This document shows positions 14,698 to 26,713 of a stretch of DNA of 47,674 nucleotides, one piece after another. The notes under the pieces are model-generated. The model was given only the letters and a program-made list of their open reading frames with translations. It was not told the DNA's origin and did not search any database. The translations under genes and the position numbers were made by a program. The DNA is from Prorocentrum cordatum (taxonomy: Eukaryota): assembly GCA_963575745.1 (NCBI GenBank), contig CAUYUJ010000148.1, forward strand, positions 620,001-667,674. The letters are read 5' to 3'. Within the stretch, counting starts at the first letter, position 1; each line of letters starts with the position of its first letter.

Positions 14698-14888
14698 TGG
14701 GAAGCTGGGCGAAGGCTGGCAAATCCGTGGCCGCTGACACGGTCTTCCCGCAGGCAAAAGACAAAGTCCCCGGAATAAAACTCAGCGCACCGGATAGTAA
14801 ACGGGCTGCTTCCCGGAAGAAGAAATCAAACTCTCAAAGAGCCCCGTTGTAGCAGCCACGGGTTTGCCAGCCTTCGCCTGACTTCTGA
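14698..14888. mobile_element. MITE-like element, copy 2 of the same family
   Basis: Same TIRs (gaagctgggcgaaggctggcaaatccgtgg ... ccacgggtttgccagccttcgcctgacttc) and a related interior. Confidence 0.75.
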
Positions 14889-17588
14889 AAAGGGGAGACA
14901 ATAGCGGTCCTCCCAAATGGGGTCCGAGTAGATGGGGTCGGACGATCGCGCCGCATCGGCGACGTCGGCGACGCATCACCGACGTCGGCGTGGAGAACAT
15001 CGGGGTCCACAACGAGCCGCATCGCCGATGCATTGACGATGCGGCGCGGCCCCCCGATCCATTCAACTCGGAACCCAGTTGGAAGGCATAGAGGCAGATA
15101 CCTCCCGAACTAGGACAATAATGATGCCATGATGCGAACTGCTCGAGATACGAGGCAGGTCTGAAGTACCTAGATGAGGCGCAGAAGGACATACGAGTAC
15201 GATGTACAGATGTTGGAGGCGAATGCCCGACGCCAGCATATAGCAAACACATGGTATAGTATATCGTTTCCCGAGCGGTGTGGTCAGAAAGCGCCCACCG
15301 CGGATCTCATACTATAAGATTCCCGAGCTGTCGCGTCAACCTTTCGTGGCCGACGCATGCATCGTTTAAGTATGTTTGGGCGGTGCCGAACATGAGACCC
15401 CCAAGCCAGGACGATAATGATGCCATGATACGAATGACTCGGGATACGTTGCAGGAATTCCGAAGTATCCAGAGGCCCTCGTTTCTGCAGCCCCTGTGGA
15501 GCAGTAGGAAAGATCTGGGCCGCTTGCTCATGACTCATGGCCGCCTGCTCCTCTCTGACACGTAGGGCTCCACGTCGGCGATGCCTCGGCGTGGAGCACA
15601 TCGGGGTCCGCATCGAGCCGCATCGCAGGTGCATCGAAGGGGCGGCGCGCTCCTCGGATCCCCACCTGCTCAGAGCCCCGTTTGGGAGGGCCGGAGGGAA
15701 GAAACATCCATCCGCCACGGCCAGGCCTCCGACGAGAGAGCACCGTGGGCCCAGGCCCCGCTGGACAGCAGGGCCTCCCTGCCTCGCCAGAAGCCACTGT
15801 CCACACAGGCCTCCGAGGCGACGACTGGGGCGAATAGCCCAGGGGAGGGCAACACATGTGTCCAGGGGCGCCGATGGTTGATGTATTCGGCGAGGCTATC
15901 CAGCGAATGCGTGTAATGTCCGCCTCTGGGCGATTCGCCCCCCCGAACGGGGCTCGTAGAGGCTTCATGTTGCTAGATCAACCCCCCGACATCTGGCGTC
16001 TTGATGCCCTCGTGTGGCTCTGACAAGCCTGACCTGGACCGAGCCGCGAAACCAGATCGGACAGGAAACGTGTCGCGTCGCGCAAGCATCGGCGCGGCAT
16101 CGAATCGGGATCGGACTGCTTGGGATCACGGATCGGGCTCAGCACATGAAGCCAGAGAAGGACTCGCGTCATGTCTGCTCGGATCGGATCGAGACCACCA
16201 GGTGGCCACATCCGAACCCCACCCCCTCCGACCATCGCTCCTCATGCCTTCCAGGGGAGGCGGGGGCAGGGTTCGGACCCCGCCGAGTGCTCGACGAATT
16301 CCCAACCCTGCCCCCGCCGCCAATCGAGTCCCCTGAGCCGCTGATGGGCGAGGGCACAGTCGGGGCCCGACCACAGGGGAAGCCTTCCACGAGAAACCCA
16401 GCCTGAGACCCCAGAGCGTCCCCTGATGCCTGGTCTGGGCACGTCACGCTCTTCCCGTCGCACGACCATCGAAGCCCAAGAAACCCACGGCACCCCGGAG
16501 GCAAGCAGGGTGGTTCTTGGCATGGGCCTCCAATGCAGGCTTCGCATTTCGCCGCCGAGCAGAGGGGCGGGACATCCAGATCGTCTCCAGAAAGCTGGAG
16601 CTCCGTGCGCCCTGGCCGCTAGCCAGGGCCACTCGGAACGACCTCCGGCGCCCCCAGGGTGGAACCCGGAGGCCATCCGAAGACCTCCGCAGCCCTTGCA
16701 GGACGCTGGACGTCTGTTGGACCCCCTGCGCGCGGGGGCGAGGAGGGTGAGGGGGACGGGGGGGAGGGGGAGGGGGAGGGGGAGGAGGAGGAGAAAGAGG
16801 AGGAGGAGGAGGAGCAGGAGCAGGAGGAGAAGGAGGAGGAGGAGGAGCAGGAGAAAAAGGAGGAGCAGGAGGAGGAGAAGGAGAGGAAGAGGAGGAGGAG
16901 GAGGAGGAAGTGGAGGAGGAGGAGGAGGAGGAGGAGGAGGAGGAGGCGAGGAGCAGGAGGCGAGGAGGAGGAAGGGTCCAGAAGGAGGGGCGCAGGAAGA
17001 GGGGGGGGCGACGAGGCAGGAGGGGCACGGCGAAGCGGAGGACAACTGCGCGGAGGACCCAGCCTGCAGCGAGGCCGCCGCCCATCTGCTGCTGCTGCTG
17101 CTGCAATCCCGCCAGGCCGAGGGCGCCGTAGCCTCCCAGGCCGCCGAGGGCGGCCGCCTGGACCGGGGCGAGCGAAACTTCACGCAGCCTCGTCCCAGCG
17201 GGGGGGAAGAGGGAGAGGAGGAGGAGGAGGAGGAGGAGGAGGAGGAGGAGGAGGAGGAGGAGGAGAAGGAAGAGGAGGAGCAGGCCTGATCGGGGGGGGG
17301 AGGCCCAGGCCCTCGAAGGAACAGCTCGTCCTTCCTAGGTCCAGACGAAACTACACTGACACACATCAAACCGAAAATGTGCCCGAGTGTGACCGAAACC
17401 GGCGCCCGAACATCTCCGAAGCCGCCAGAGTGTGATCGACATTCCTGGTGCGAAGCCAAGACGATTCGCAGTTTCGGAAAAAAGTTCGGTCACGCTACAT
17501 GTTCGGTCACAGCGTCGGGCACGTTGTCGATCACATGTCTGATCCGGTCACACACACACACACACACACAACAACAACAACAACAACA

Positions 17589-18397
17589 ATCATTTTACCC
17601 GAACGCGTGGTGTTCTCCCCAGTGCCAGGGTTTTCATACGACACCAGGCAATACCCCCACTTCGTGGGGGGGGCATTACAAGCTCTACCAAATATCCAAA
17701 CGACTCTTCGCGACCACCCAAACCCAGCTTCCCGCCCTATGACGTTGGGACACTTCACTTCGTGGCGTGCGGACGACCGTGGCTACTACACTGGCGTGGG
17801 CACACCCACAGAACCCAATGGTTTTTGGAGATTTCGGCGTGCGCGCGCGAAGAAAAAACGAATGTGTCCCGCATGGTATTATTTGACAGGGATGATGGCC
17901 CTGGCAGGTGCGCAACCGTTGTCGCAGAAGTTCGAAAAAGTTGCTCGCAAAAGCCCGTTTGACAGAAATGTTTAAAAAGTGTTGGTTTTCCTACGAATCC
18001 GCAAGAGCGCGCGGGATGAGATTTTGACATTTTTTGTTGAAAAACCATTGGTTTTTTGATGTTTTTATGTTAAAATCGCTCCGAACACTAAGCTTTTGGA
18101 AGGATTTCGTCTTGCGCGCGCGAATGTCCACTTTACCTTATTTTTTGCAAGGGATTCTTGAAATTTGATTATATTAGAACAAGAAATGTCATTTTATAGT
18201 GTTTTTTGCAAGGGAAAACGGATTACAACAAAACAACCGGATCTTGATGACATCGTATTACCTGAGGCTTCCTCACGAAAATGATGAAAATGTAGCTGCG
18301 GCCTAGGCGGCGCAGGGGGGCCGTGCACCAGGGGCCCAACAATAATTATTCTTTAGAATTAATAATGTTCAACAACAACAACAACAAAAACAACAAT

Positions 18398-18428
<31 letters not shown>

Positions 18429-19323
18429 TCATCAACAATAACAACAACAACAATCATTTTACCCGAACGCGTGGTGTTCTCCCCAGTGCCAGGGTTTTCA
18501 TACGACACCAGGCAATACCCCCACTTCGTGGGGGGGCATTACAAGCTCTACCAAATATCCAAACGACTCTTCGCGACCACCCAAACCCAGCTTCCCGCCC
18601 TATGACGTTGGGACACTTCACTTCGTGGCGTGCGGACGACCGTGGCTACTACACTGGCGTGGGGTACACACCCACAGAACTTGGTCACTTATTCGGGGCG
18701 GTGTATGTCCCGCAAAAAAACGAATCTGTCCCGCATGGTATTATTTGACAGGGATGATGGCCCTGGCAGGTGCGCAACCGTTGTCGCAGAAGTTCGAAAA
18801 AGTTGCTCGCAAAAGCCCGTTTGACAGAAATGTTTAAAAAGTGTTGGGTTTCCTACGAATCCGCAAGAGCGCGCGGGATGAGATTTTGACATTTTTTTTT
18901 GTTGAAAAACCATTGGTTTTTTGATGTTTTTATGTTAAAATCGCTCCGAACACTAAGCTTTTGGAAGGATTTCGTCTTGCGCGCGCGAATGTCCACTTTA
19001 CCTTATTTTTTGCAAGGGATTCTTGAAATTTGATTATATTAGAACAAGAAATGTCATTTTATAGTGTTTTTTGCAAGGGAAAACGGATTACAACAAAACA
19101 ACCGGATCTTGATCAACTCGAATTACCTGAGGCTTCCTCACGAAAATGATGAAAACGTGGCTGCGGCCTAGGCGCGGCGGGGGGGGCGCGCACCAGGGGG
19201 CCCAACAATAATTATTCTTTAGAATTAATAATGTTCAACAACAACAACAGCAACAACAACAACAAGAATAACAACAATAATAACAACAGCAACAACAACA
19301 ACAACAACAAGAATAACAACAGC

Positions 19324-19340
<17 letters not shown>
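17589..19340 (+). repeat. Head-to-tail duplication of a ~865-bp unit ending in an (AAC)n tract
   Basis: 17589-18370 and 18453-19236 are nearly identical (atcattttacccgaacgcgtgg...ttagaattaataatgttc), each bounded by (AAC)n. The unit is AT-rich relative to its surroundings. Confidence 0.95.
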
Positions 19341-19358
<18 letters not shown>

Positions 19359-19579
19359 CCTTTTCGGCTAATTGGGGCCAGATGCCAGGAGAAACTAGAG
19401 GAACATACAAAAACAACAAACTGTTGACCGTCCGCACGGATTTCTTGGATCTGCGCCGAATCCCTCTGGCGGCGCCTCCAGCGCAACCCCTGGCGCGCTC
19501 CGCGCGCCGCGGAGATCCAACATACCCACGAGGACCGCCAAAAGTGAACGTTTATGAAGTTCTGCCAAAACGAGGGGGA

Positions 19580-19786
19580 GGGGCAGCGATAGGGGGGGAC
19601 TGGCATAGAGGGGGGATGCATCAGCCTGGAATCGGCGATGCATCGCCGATAGATCGGCGATCCCCCGATAGCGAGCCCGCACGTGGCTGGGCAGGGTTGG
19701 GGCTAGCGGACCCCTATCAGCGATCAGTGGGCGATTGGCGGTCGATACATCCCCGCCTATGCCTACCCCCCCCCTGTCGCTACCCC
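19580..19786. mobile_element. MITE-like element (~205 bp, ~42-bp imperfect TIRs); diverged or partial relatives at ~10015-10180, 10600-10662, 12575-12662 and 14010-14160
   Basis: The left end gggcagcgatagggggggactggcatagaggggggatgcatc is approximately the reverse complement of the right end gatacatccccgcctatgcctaccccccccctgtcgctaccc. The cores 'cctggaatcggcg' and 'gggcgattgggg..cgatgcatcccc' recur at the other loci. Confidence 0.7.
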
Positions 19787-22218
19787 CGAGGGGGGGGATA
19801 GCAAACCCAGACCCTCTCGCGTCGTGGAGAAAGCACGACGGACGGATTTGGGCCCGCTGCAGCCTCCGAGGATCCTGGGGCCAACATTGGCATCGGAGGC
19901 CTGGAAATGGGCACCAACACCAACACGGGGGGTTGCCCCCACCCCCACCCCCACCCCAAGTCCCAGTCCGATCCCTTGAACCCCCCGCTCGGGGATGGGC
20001 GTCGCGACTGGGGGTGGGAGTGGGCGTTCGCCTTCTGAAGGAGGGGGGGGGTGAAACCACCCGGACACGTCCCGGGGCATCTGGTGTATTTCTTCGCCCC
20101 AGGAAAAGGGGGGGGGAAACTCCTGCAACTCAGAGCCTCGAACCTTTCTTGCCCCCGCCTTAATGACCAGAGCCAAATGCATGGGCCACCCTGACCGGAC
20201 TCCCAAGCCAGCTCCAAGACGCTGCCCCTGCAGAGACGGCCCCCCGAGGAGTTTCCCAAGGGCCGACCCGGCAGCTTCGTCGCCGTTGTTCTCGTCGTCG
20301 TCATCGGCCTTGCCGTCCTCGTCGCCGTTGTCGTCGTCGCTGTCTTCGTCCTCCTCCTCCTCCTCCTCCTCCTCCTCCTCGTCGTCGTCGTCGTCGTCGT
20401 CCTCCTGGTCGTCGTCGCCCTCGTCGTCGGCGTCGTCCTCGTCGCTGTCGGATCCCGGCCGCCTGCGCGGCGGGCGCGGCGGCCTGCGGCTGGCCCAGCA
20501 GCTGGGCCAGCCCTGCCGCGAGCGTCGCGGCGTTCGACCCGGGCACGGCCTGCGGCCGCGGTCGGCGGGCCGAGCCCGCCTGGGAGCCTCCTCCGGACCT
20601 CCGCGGCCCGATCACAGACACGAGCTCAGCCTGAGCTCGCCAGACATTTCGGCCACCCCCTGCTCAGCCATGTTCCAGGCCTCGTCCAGGCTTCAGGCAT
20701 CGCTCAAGCGTCGACGAGACCCGACGAAATCTGCACGAATCCCCAAACCGCCGGCGGAATTGAATTGTGGGACCCTCTGAGGCCCCAGCAAAAAACCACA
20801 CACCGGTCGGGGTAACCCGACCCAGAGATCCGAGACTCCGAGAAAGATGGAGCGGCCGGTTTGGTCATTATCGGCCTCGGGCTCGGGTCAGTTTGGGACA
20901 AGAGGACAAGAAAAGAGTTCGCGCACGAGAGCTCGCACGAAGGGACGAACCCCGAAACATGTGGAGAACGCGGCGCTCCGAGCATGCTGCCTCGTCTTCT
21001 ACCGTGCGGACCGCGGGACGGTCAAACACAACTCAACATGGAAAGGGGCCCTGTGATCGAGAACGTGTCGAGACCTCCGGGGGTCCACGCATCGAACAAA
21101 AATGGATCGCCGGACGTCTGGGGAGGGGGTTCACGGCCTCCTCCCCTGAGACCCTGGCGTCGCACTTGTTTCGAAACCGGGGGTCGTTGCCCCGTTTCGG
21201 GCCCCTGCACTCTCACAGATCGATACAGAAAGTAGGCAAAAGGCTGTGCTCGTGAGTTTCACGACGTTGCGAATATGTCGCGTCGTCGGACCTCCCTCCT
21301 CGTTCTCCCGCACGCTTCCCAGACCCCCTCGCGCCGTGCCAAAGTCACGACGGAAGGTCTTGCGTTCTGTCCTGCCTCCAGGGGCCCTCGCCAAACCTCG
21401 GGAGCGTCGATGAGCGGCTCGGGTTCCAGACGTCTGGGAGTCCACGTCATGAAAAGATCGTCGCGCTGCGCCTGGGATCCTCCTCCTCCCTCTTCCCCCA
21501 CCACCTCCTCCTCCCCCTGCGCCTCCGCCTCCTCCTGCTCATGCTCCTCCTCCTCCTCCTCCTCCTCCTCCTCCTCTTCTCCTTCTCCTCTTCTCCCCCT
21601 CGTCCTCCTCCTTCCTTCCTTGTTTCTCCTTCGCTCCCTCCATCCTTTTTACTCAGTCCTTCCTCATCCTTCTCCCTCCTGTCCCTCCTCCCCCCGCCTT
21701 CCTACTTCCCCCCGCCCGGTCTGCTGCGAGAGGGAAAGGGACTTCGAGTTCCTCCCCTCGCTGTGATCCCTCTTGATTGGGGACATGTGGCCGTTGAGGA
21801 TAAACAGACCCATCCTCCTCATTCTCTCGTTCCTTTTCCTACTCCTACTCCTCCCCCCCTTTCTTCCTCCCCCCCTCCTCCCTCCTTCCTCATGCCAAGC
21901 CTGGGTCGGGCGAAAAGGGAGGATAGTGAAGGGGGATTGGTGAATCAGCTCACACAGCTGAATTGCATGCCGCCTCCTGGCGCTGCGACCACTGTGATTC
22001 AGAACGTGTGTGCCTGGCCACCTCACATGAAACCGCGCAACATGCAAAGGCCAGCCGAATCATGTCCAACAGGCTATGCCAAGCTCCTGGCGCTGGGAGG
22101 AGCAATGTCGTTGTCCTCCCCCCTCCATCTCCTCCTCCTCCTCCTCCTCCTCCTCTTCCTCCTCCTCCTCCTCGTCCTCCTCCTCCTCCCTCCTCCTCCT
22201 CCTCCTCCTCCTCCTCCT

Positions 22219-22249
<31 letters not shown>

Positions 22250-23664
22250 TCCTCCTCCTCCTCCTCCTCCTCCTCCTCCTCCTCCTCCTCCTCCTCCTCC
22301 TCCTCCTCCTCCTCCTTCATCTCCTCCCCCCGATCCCTGCTCCTTCGCATCCTGCCTCCTCCTCCTCCTCGTCCCTACCCCCTTCCTCCTCCTCCTTACT
22401 CGTTCCTCCTCCTTCGTTCTTCCTCCCTCCTCACTTCCCGCCCAGACCCCCAGCGAAAGTCGAGGACCGAACTTCGAATTTAGCGGTTTGGAAGCGTTTT
22501 GGCCTTTTTGTAGGCCTCCTGGACGCCATGGCTCGACTCCTCTCGAAATCCTGGCCAGAGCGCACCCCAGGGCGGGTCAGGCGCCCAGTGTTTGACCGCC
22601 AGGCCAGAGATCGCCATGAAGCAAAAGGGGTCCTGAGGGATCCGCCCAGGGATCGCCATGGAGCAAAAGGGTCCCGAGGCAAAGGCGGGTCGGGGAAGCG
22701 TTGCGCCGCGCGCGGCCTCGGGGGACCCTCGCCCGCCCCAGAGACCGTCAACAGAACGACTCGGCTCAGACAACAGCAGAACCATGGAGCAAGCGTCGGT
22801 CGGGCCTTCCGAGGACTCCGTACTGAAAACGATGGCGAATTGATTTCACGCGGCGGAGTATCCCGAACACCTGCACACCATGGCGGAGAGAGTGACGCCG
22901 AGAGCGGCGCAAGTGGACAGCAGGAGACAGCGGGAGTCCATGCGAGACTGCGAGAGGCACCGGAGGCCATGCGAAGCAGAGGGACACACTGGGAGACCGT
23001 GGGAGGCCATGGGAGACAGCGGGAAGCAACGGGACACAACGGGACAATGTCGCCCCACCGAATCCAAATCTCAGTTCCAAGCATCGGCGAAACAGCGCAT
23101 CGGACCATGACAGGCAAGCCTTCCTCCCTCGCCCTACCCGCTGGGCTGGTCTTAGTGGCGTCGAAGGTATCGTCTTGCCTGCCTGCACGACGCTTCGGCA
23201 CCGCTCGCACGTCGTGGCCCAGGAGGAGGGGGAGAAGGAGGAGGAGGGGGGAGAAAGAAGAAGGAGGAGGATGAGGAGGAGAAGGAGGAGAAGGAGTAGG
23301 ATGAGGAGGAGGAGGAGGATAAGTTGCCGCCAGCAATGTTTTTTACGTAAAGCAAGCCAAGTGGCAAGCCAAGCCAAGTGACGCCAACATGTTCTTAACG
23401 CAGTAGAACATGTTGGCGTCAGGGGCTGCAGTTGCATGGAGTGCAGGGGAGGAGGAGGAGGAGGGGGAGGGAAGAGGAGGAGGAGGGAGGAGGGAGGAGG
23501 AGGGAGGAGGAGTGAGGACGAGGGAGGAGGGGGGAGGAGGAGGGGGGAGGGGGTTCTGACGCTTTTCGTTTTTTCCTGGTCCTCTTCGGCTGGTTCGGCC
23601 TTTCCTGACGCCCTCGTCGCCGCGGCTGGATCTGCCTCCCCTCCTAGGACTTCCCCCCCCTCCT

Positions 23665-24495
23665 CGCCGTGCTGAACTGCGATGTGCCATGCCGCGAGTG
23701 TGCTCTATATAGCGTTGTGGATCGAGTCCTCCCTGGCATTCGGGTCCTCACCGAACTGATCTGGAGCGTAAGCTCGAGCTGCCTCAGCACATAGTAGCTG
23801 CCCCAGAACCAATCGACAGAGGGAACATGCCAGGAGGACGCGCCGCGGAACGTCCCAAGGGACGCGCCAGGCGACGTGCCAGGGGACGTGCCATGGGGAC
23901 GCACCGCGGGACGTGCCAAGGGGACGCGCTACGGAACGTGCCAATGGACGTGCCGAGGGACGTGCCAGGGGACGCGCCGCGCAACGTGCCAGGTGGACTC
24001 GCCACGGAACGCGCCAAGGAACGTGCCAAGGTGCATAGTTGAGTGTATCGATCTTGATGTACCGTGCCGACGGCTGTGCTGTGCTACGCCGTGCTGAACT
24101 GCGATGTGCCATGCCGCGATTGTGCTCTATATAGCGTTGTGGATCGAGTCCTCCCTGGCATTCGGGTCCTCACCGAACTGATCTGGATCGTAAGCTCGAG
24201 CTGCCTGAGCAGATGGTAGCTGCCCCAGAACCAATCGACAGAGGGAACATGCCAGGAGGACGCGCCGCGGAACGTCCCAAGGGACGCGCCAGGCGACGTG
24301 CAGGGGACGTGCCATGGGCACGCACCGCGGGACGTGCCAAGGGGACGCGCTACGGAACGTGCCAATGGACGTGCACCGCGCGACGTGCCAGGGGGACTCG
24401 CCACGGGACGCTCCGCGGAACGTGCCAGGCAACATGCCAGGCTGCAATGCTAAGGGTATCGATGTTGATGTACCGTACCGAGGGCTGTGCTGTGC
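23665..24495. repeat. Tandem dimer of a ~422-bp unit containing a 12-bp GGACGTGCCAGG-like minisatellite
   Basis: cgccgtgctgaactgcgatgtgccatgccgcg... begins at both 23665 and 24087. Confidence 0.9.
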
Positions 24496-24496
24496 C

Positions 24497-24922
24497 TGGG
24501 CGACCTGGACATGTGAAAACACGCGTTTCGCTCAAGACGTTGTCAGCACATCCTCATGCTAGACATCAGCCTGGGCAACCTGGACACGTGCAAACAAGCG
24601 TCTCGCTCGAGACATCCTCAACAAATGCTCATGCTAGACATCCGCCTGGGCGATCTGGACACGTGAAAATAAGCCTCTGGTTCGAGACATCCTCAACAAA
24701 TCCTCATGCTAGACATCTGTCTGGGCCACCTGGAGGCGTGAAACCAAGCGTCTCGCTCGAGACATCCTCAAGACCTGGGCACGTGAAAACAAGCAATCCA
24801 CTTGAGAGATCCTCAGAATTCAGGTCCCCAGGAGAGGACAATCTACAACACAAAACAAGCGTTTCGCTCGAGACATCCTCAATAAATTCTGAAAAACAAG
24901 CGTTTCGCTAGGGACATCCTCA
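24497..24922. repeat. Degenerate ~70-bp tandem repeat
   Basis: Repeated 'cctggacacgtgaaaacaagcgtctcgctcgagacatcctca...catgctagacatc'. Confidence 0.8.
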
Positions 24923-25370
24923 AATTTTAATTCGCCGGCCCTCTTCCCACTCGTTATTTATCGCAAAAGAAATTCGCCGGCCCTCTTCCCGTCAAACCCG
25001 GGGGGAAACCATCTAAAAGAGAACCCTGGGCTCAAGCCCTTTCCGGAAAAAAAACGCGTAGGCATGCACGGCCTCTCCCGACACGGCACGCACCATCATC
25101 ATTACCATTGGGGTTTTACCCATGGGGTTTAAGTGAAACATAGGGGCCTTAAGTGAAACAAAATGAAACAAGGGGGACGTGGTTCCACCACGTTTATATG
25201 TGGATTGCAGGGGGAACGTGGTTCCACCACGTTTTTATGTGGATCGCAGGGGGTACGATCGCGTCGTGGTCGTGGTCGTCGTCGTCGTCCTTGACGTCGT
25301 CGTCTCCCCCTGTGGCCGAACCAGCCGACCTCGTCGTCGTGGTCGTCGTAGTGCTCATCGTTGTCATCTA

Positions 25371-25422
<52 letters not shown>

Positions 25423-25779
25423 TCCTCCCCCCCTCCCCCCCTCGCCGGCCCCTCGCCGACGACGTCGACCGCCGCGTCGACCACCTGCCGGCGCGCCGGA
25501 GGCGGGGGCGGCGCCCGCGCGAGGGGGAGGAGGATAAGAAGTGGGAGGAGGAGGGGGGAAGGGAGGCTCTTGGAGTCACAGCTCGTTGGAGGATGAGTAG
25601 GAGGAAGAGGTGAGGGGAGGGGGGGGAGGCGAAGACAGGAGGGGCGAGGGGAGGAGGGTGAGGGAGGGGGGGGAGGGTTAGGGAGGGTGAGGGAGGGTGA
25701 GGGGAAGGGGGGAGGCTGAGGAGGGGGAGGGTGAGGGGAGGGGGGGAGGGCGAGGGAGGGTGACCAGGGGCGAAGAGGT

Positions 25780-26493
25780 TATCCCACCAGCCCTCTGGGC
25801 GTAGGTGGTTTAGAGACGGAGGGGTTAGAGCGTCCAAGATGGCCCAAGATGGCTCCAAGAGGCCCTCCGAGAGCCCAAGATGGCGCACGATAGCTCAAGA
25901 TGGCTCAAGATAATCTCCGACATACCTCCAAGAGGCCCCGAGACGGCCCCAAGACGAATTCAAGTGCCCACCGAGCCCTCCAAGGACCCCTCTGAGAGGC
26001 CCAAATGGCTCCAAAACTTAAGGAAAATCAGTGTTTTTGGCCTTCTCGCCTTTTCGCTTCCGATGGGCCTCGGAGGCCTCAAGATCGCCCCAAGATGGCC
26101 CAAGAGAGCCCCAAGAGGGGCCCAAGAGGCACCAAGAGGGCCCCAAGAACGCCCAAGCGCCCCAAGAGAGCCCCGCCCCAAGAAGAGGGCCCCAAGACGG
26201 CCTTTGAGCCTCCGATGGGGGGGGGGGGCTGAGCCATGGGGCCCAAAGCGGTCCCAAGAGACCTCTCAGACTCCCCCAAAGAGCCCCAAGAGGGCCCCAA
26301 TATGGCCCCGAAAGAGCCCCAAGAGGGCCCCAAGAGGGCCCCAAGAGGACCCCAACAGGACCCCAAGAGGACCCCAAGAGAGCCCCAAGATGGCCACAAG
26401 AGACCTCCGAGAGCCTCTCGCAACAACACCTCAACTCGCCTGGCGATTGTTTCTGGATGGGCTGGTGGGGATACGCGAAGCGTTAAGGATTTT
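25780..26493 (+). mobile_element. Helentron/Helitron2-type non-autonomous element (HINE-like)
   Basis: 5' t|TATCCCACCAGCCC (25780-25793) pairs with the 3' subterminal inverted copy GGGCTGGTGGGGATA (26459-26473). This is followed immediately by the hairpin ACGC-GAA-GCGT (26473-26483) and then a T-run. Internal CCAAGA tandem repeats are present. This subTIR plus 3' stem-loop layout is the known Helentron/DINE-1 architecture. Confidence 0.65.
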
Positions 26494-26713
26494 GGCGAGC
26501 AGGCACGGTCGCACTCTGGGAGTGGCTATCCCCTCCTTCCGAGCCTCGCTCGGGCGGCAGCTAGCTACTAGGCACTCGTTTCATCCTGCCTCCTCATCCT
26601 TCTCCTCATCCTCCCTCCCCCTCCCCCTGCTCCCCTCAGCCGGCTCGGAACCCCACCAGAGCGCGGCAAGACCGGGACCTCAGACCTCAGTCGAAGTAGG
26701 GAAACACAGGAGA

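Noticed and set aside
16242..17459. Several 220-405-aa overlapping ORFs
   Set aside because: These are artefacts of the (GGA)n microsatellite.
21541..23336. 577-aa and overlapping ORFs
   Set aside because: They are built on (CCT)n tracts and show no domain motifs; overlapping frames are equally open.
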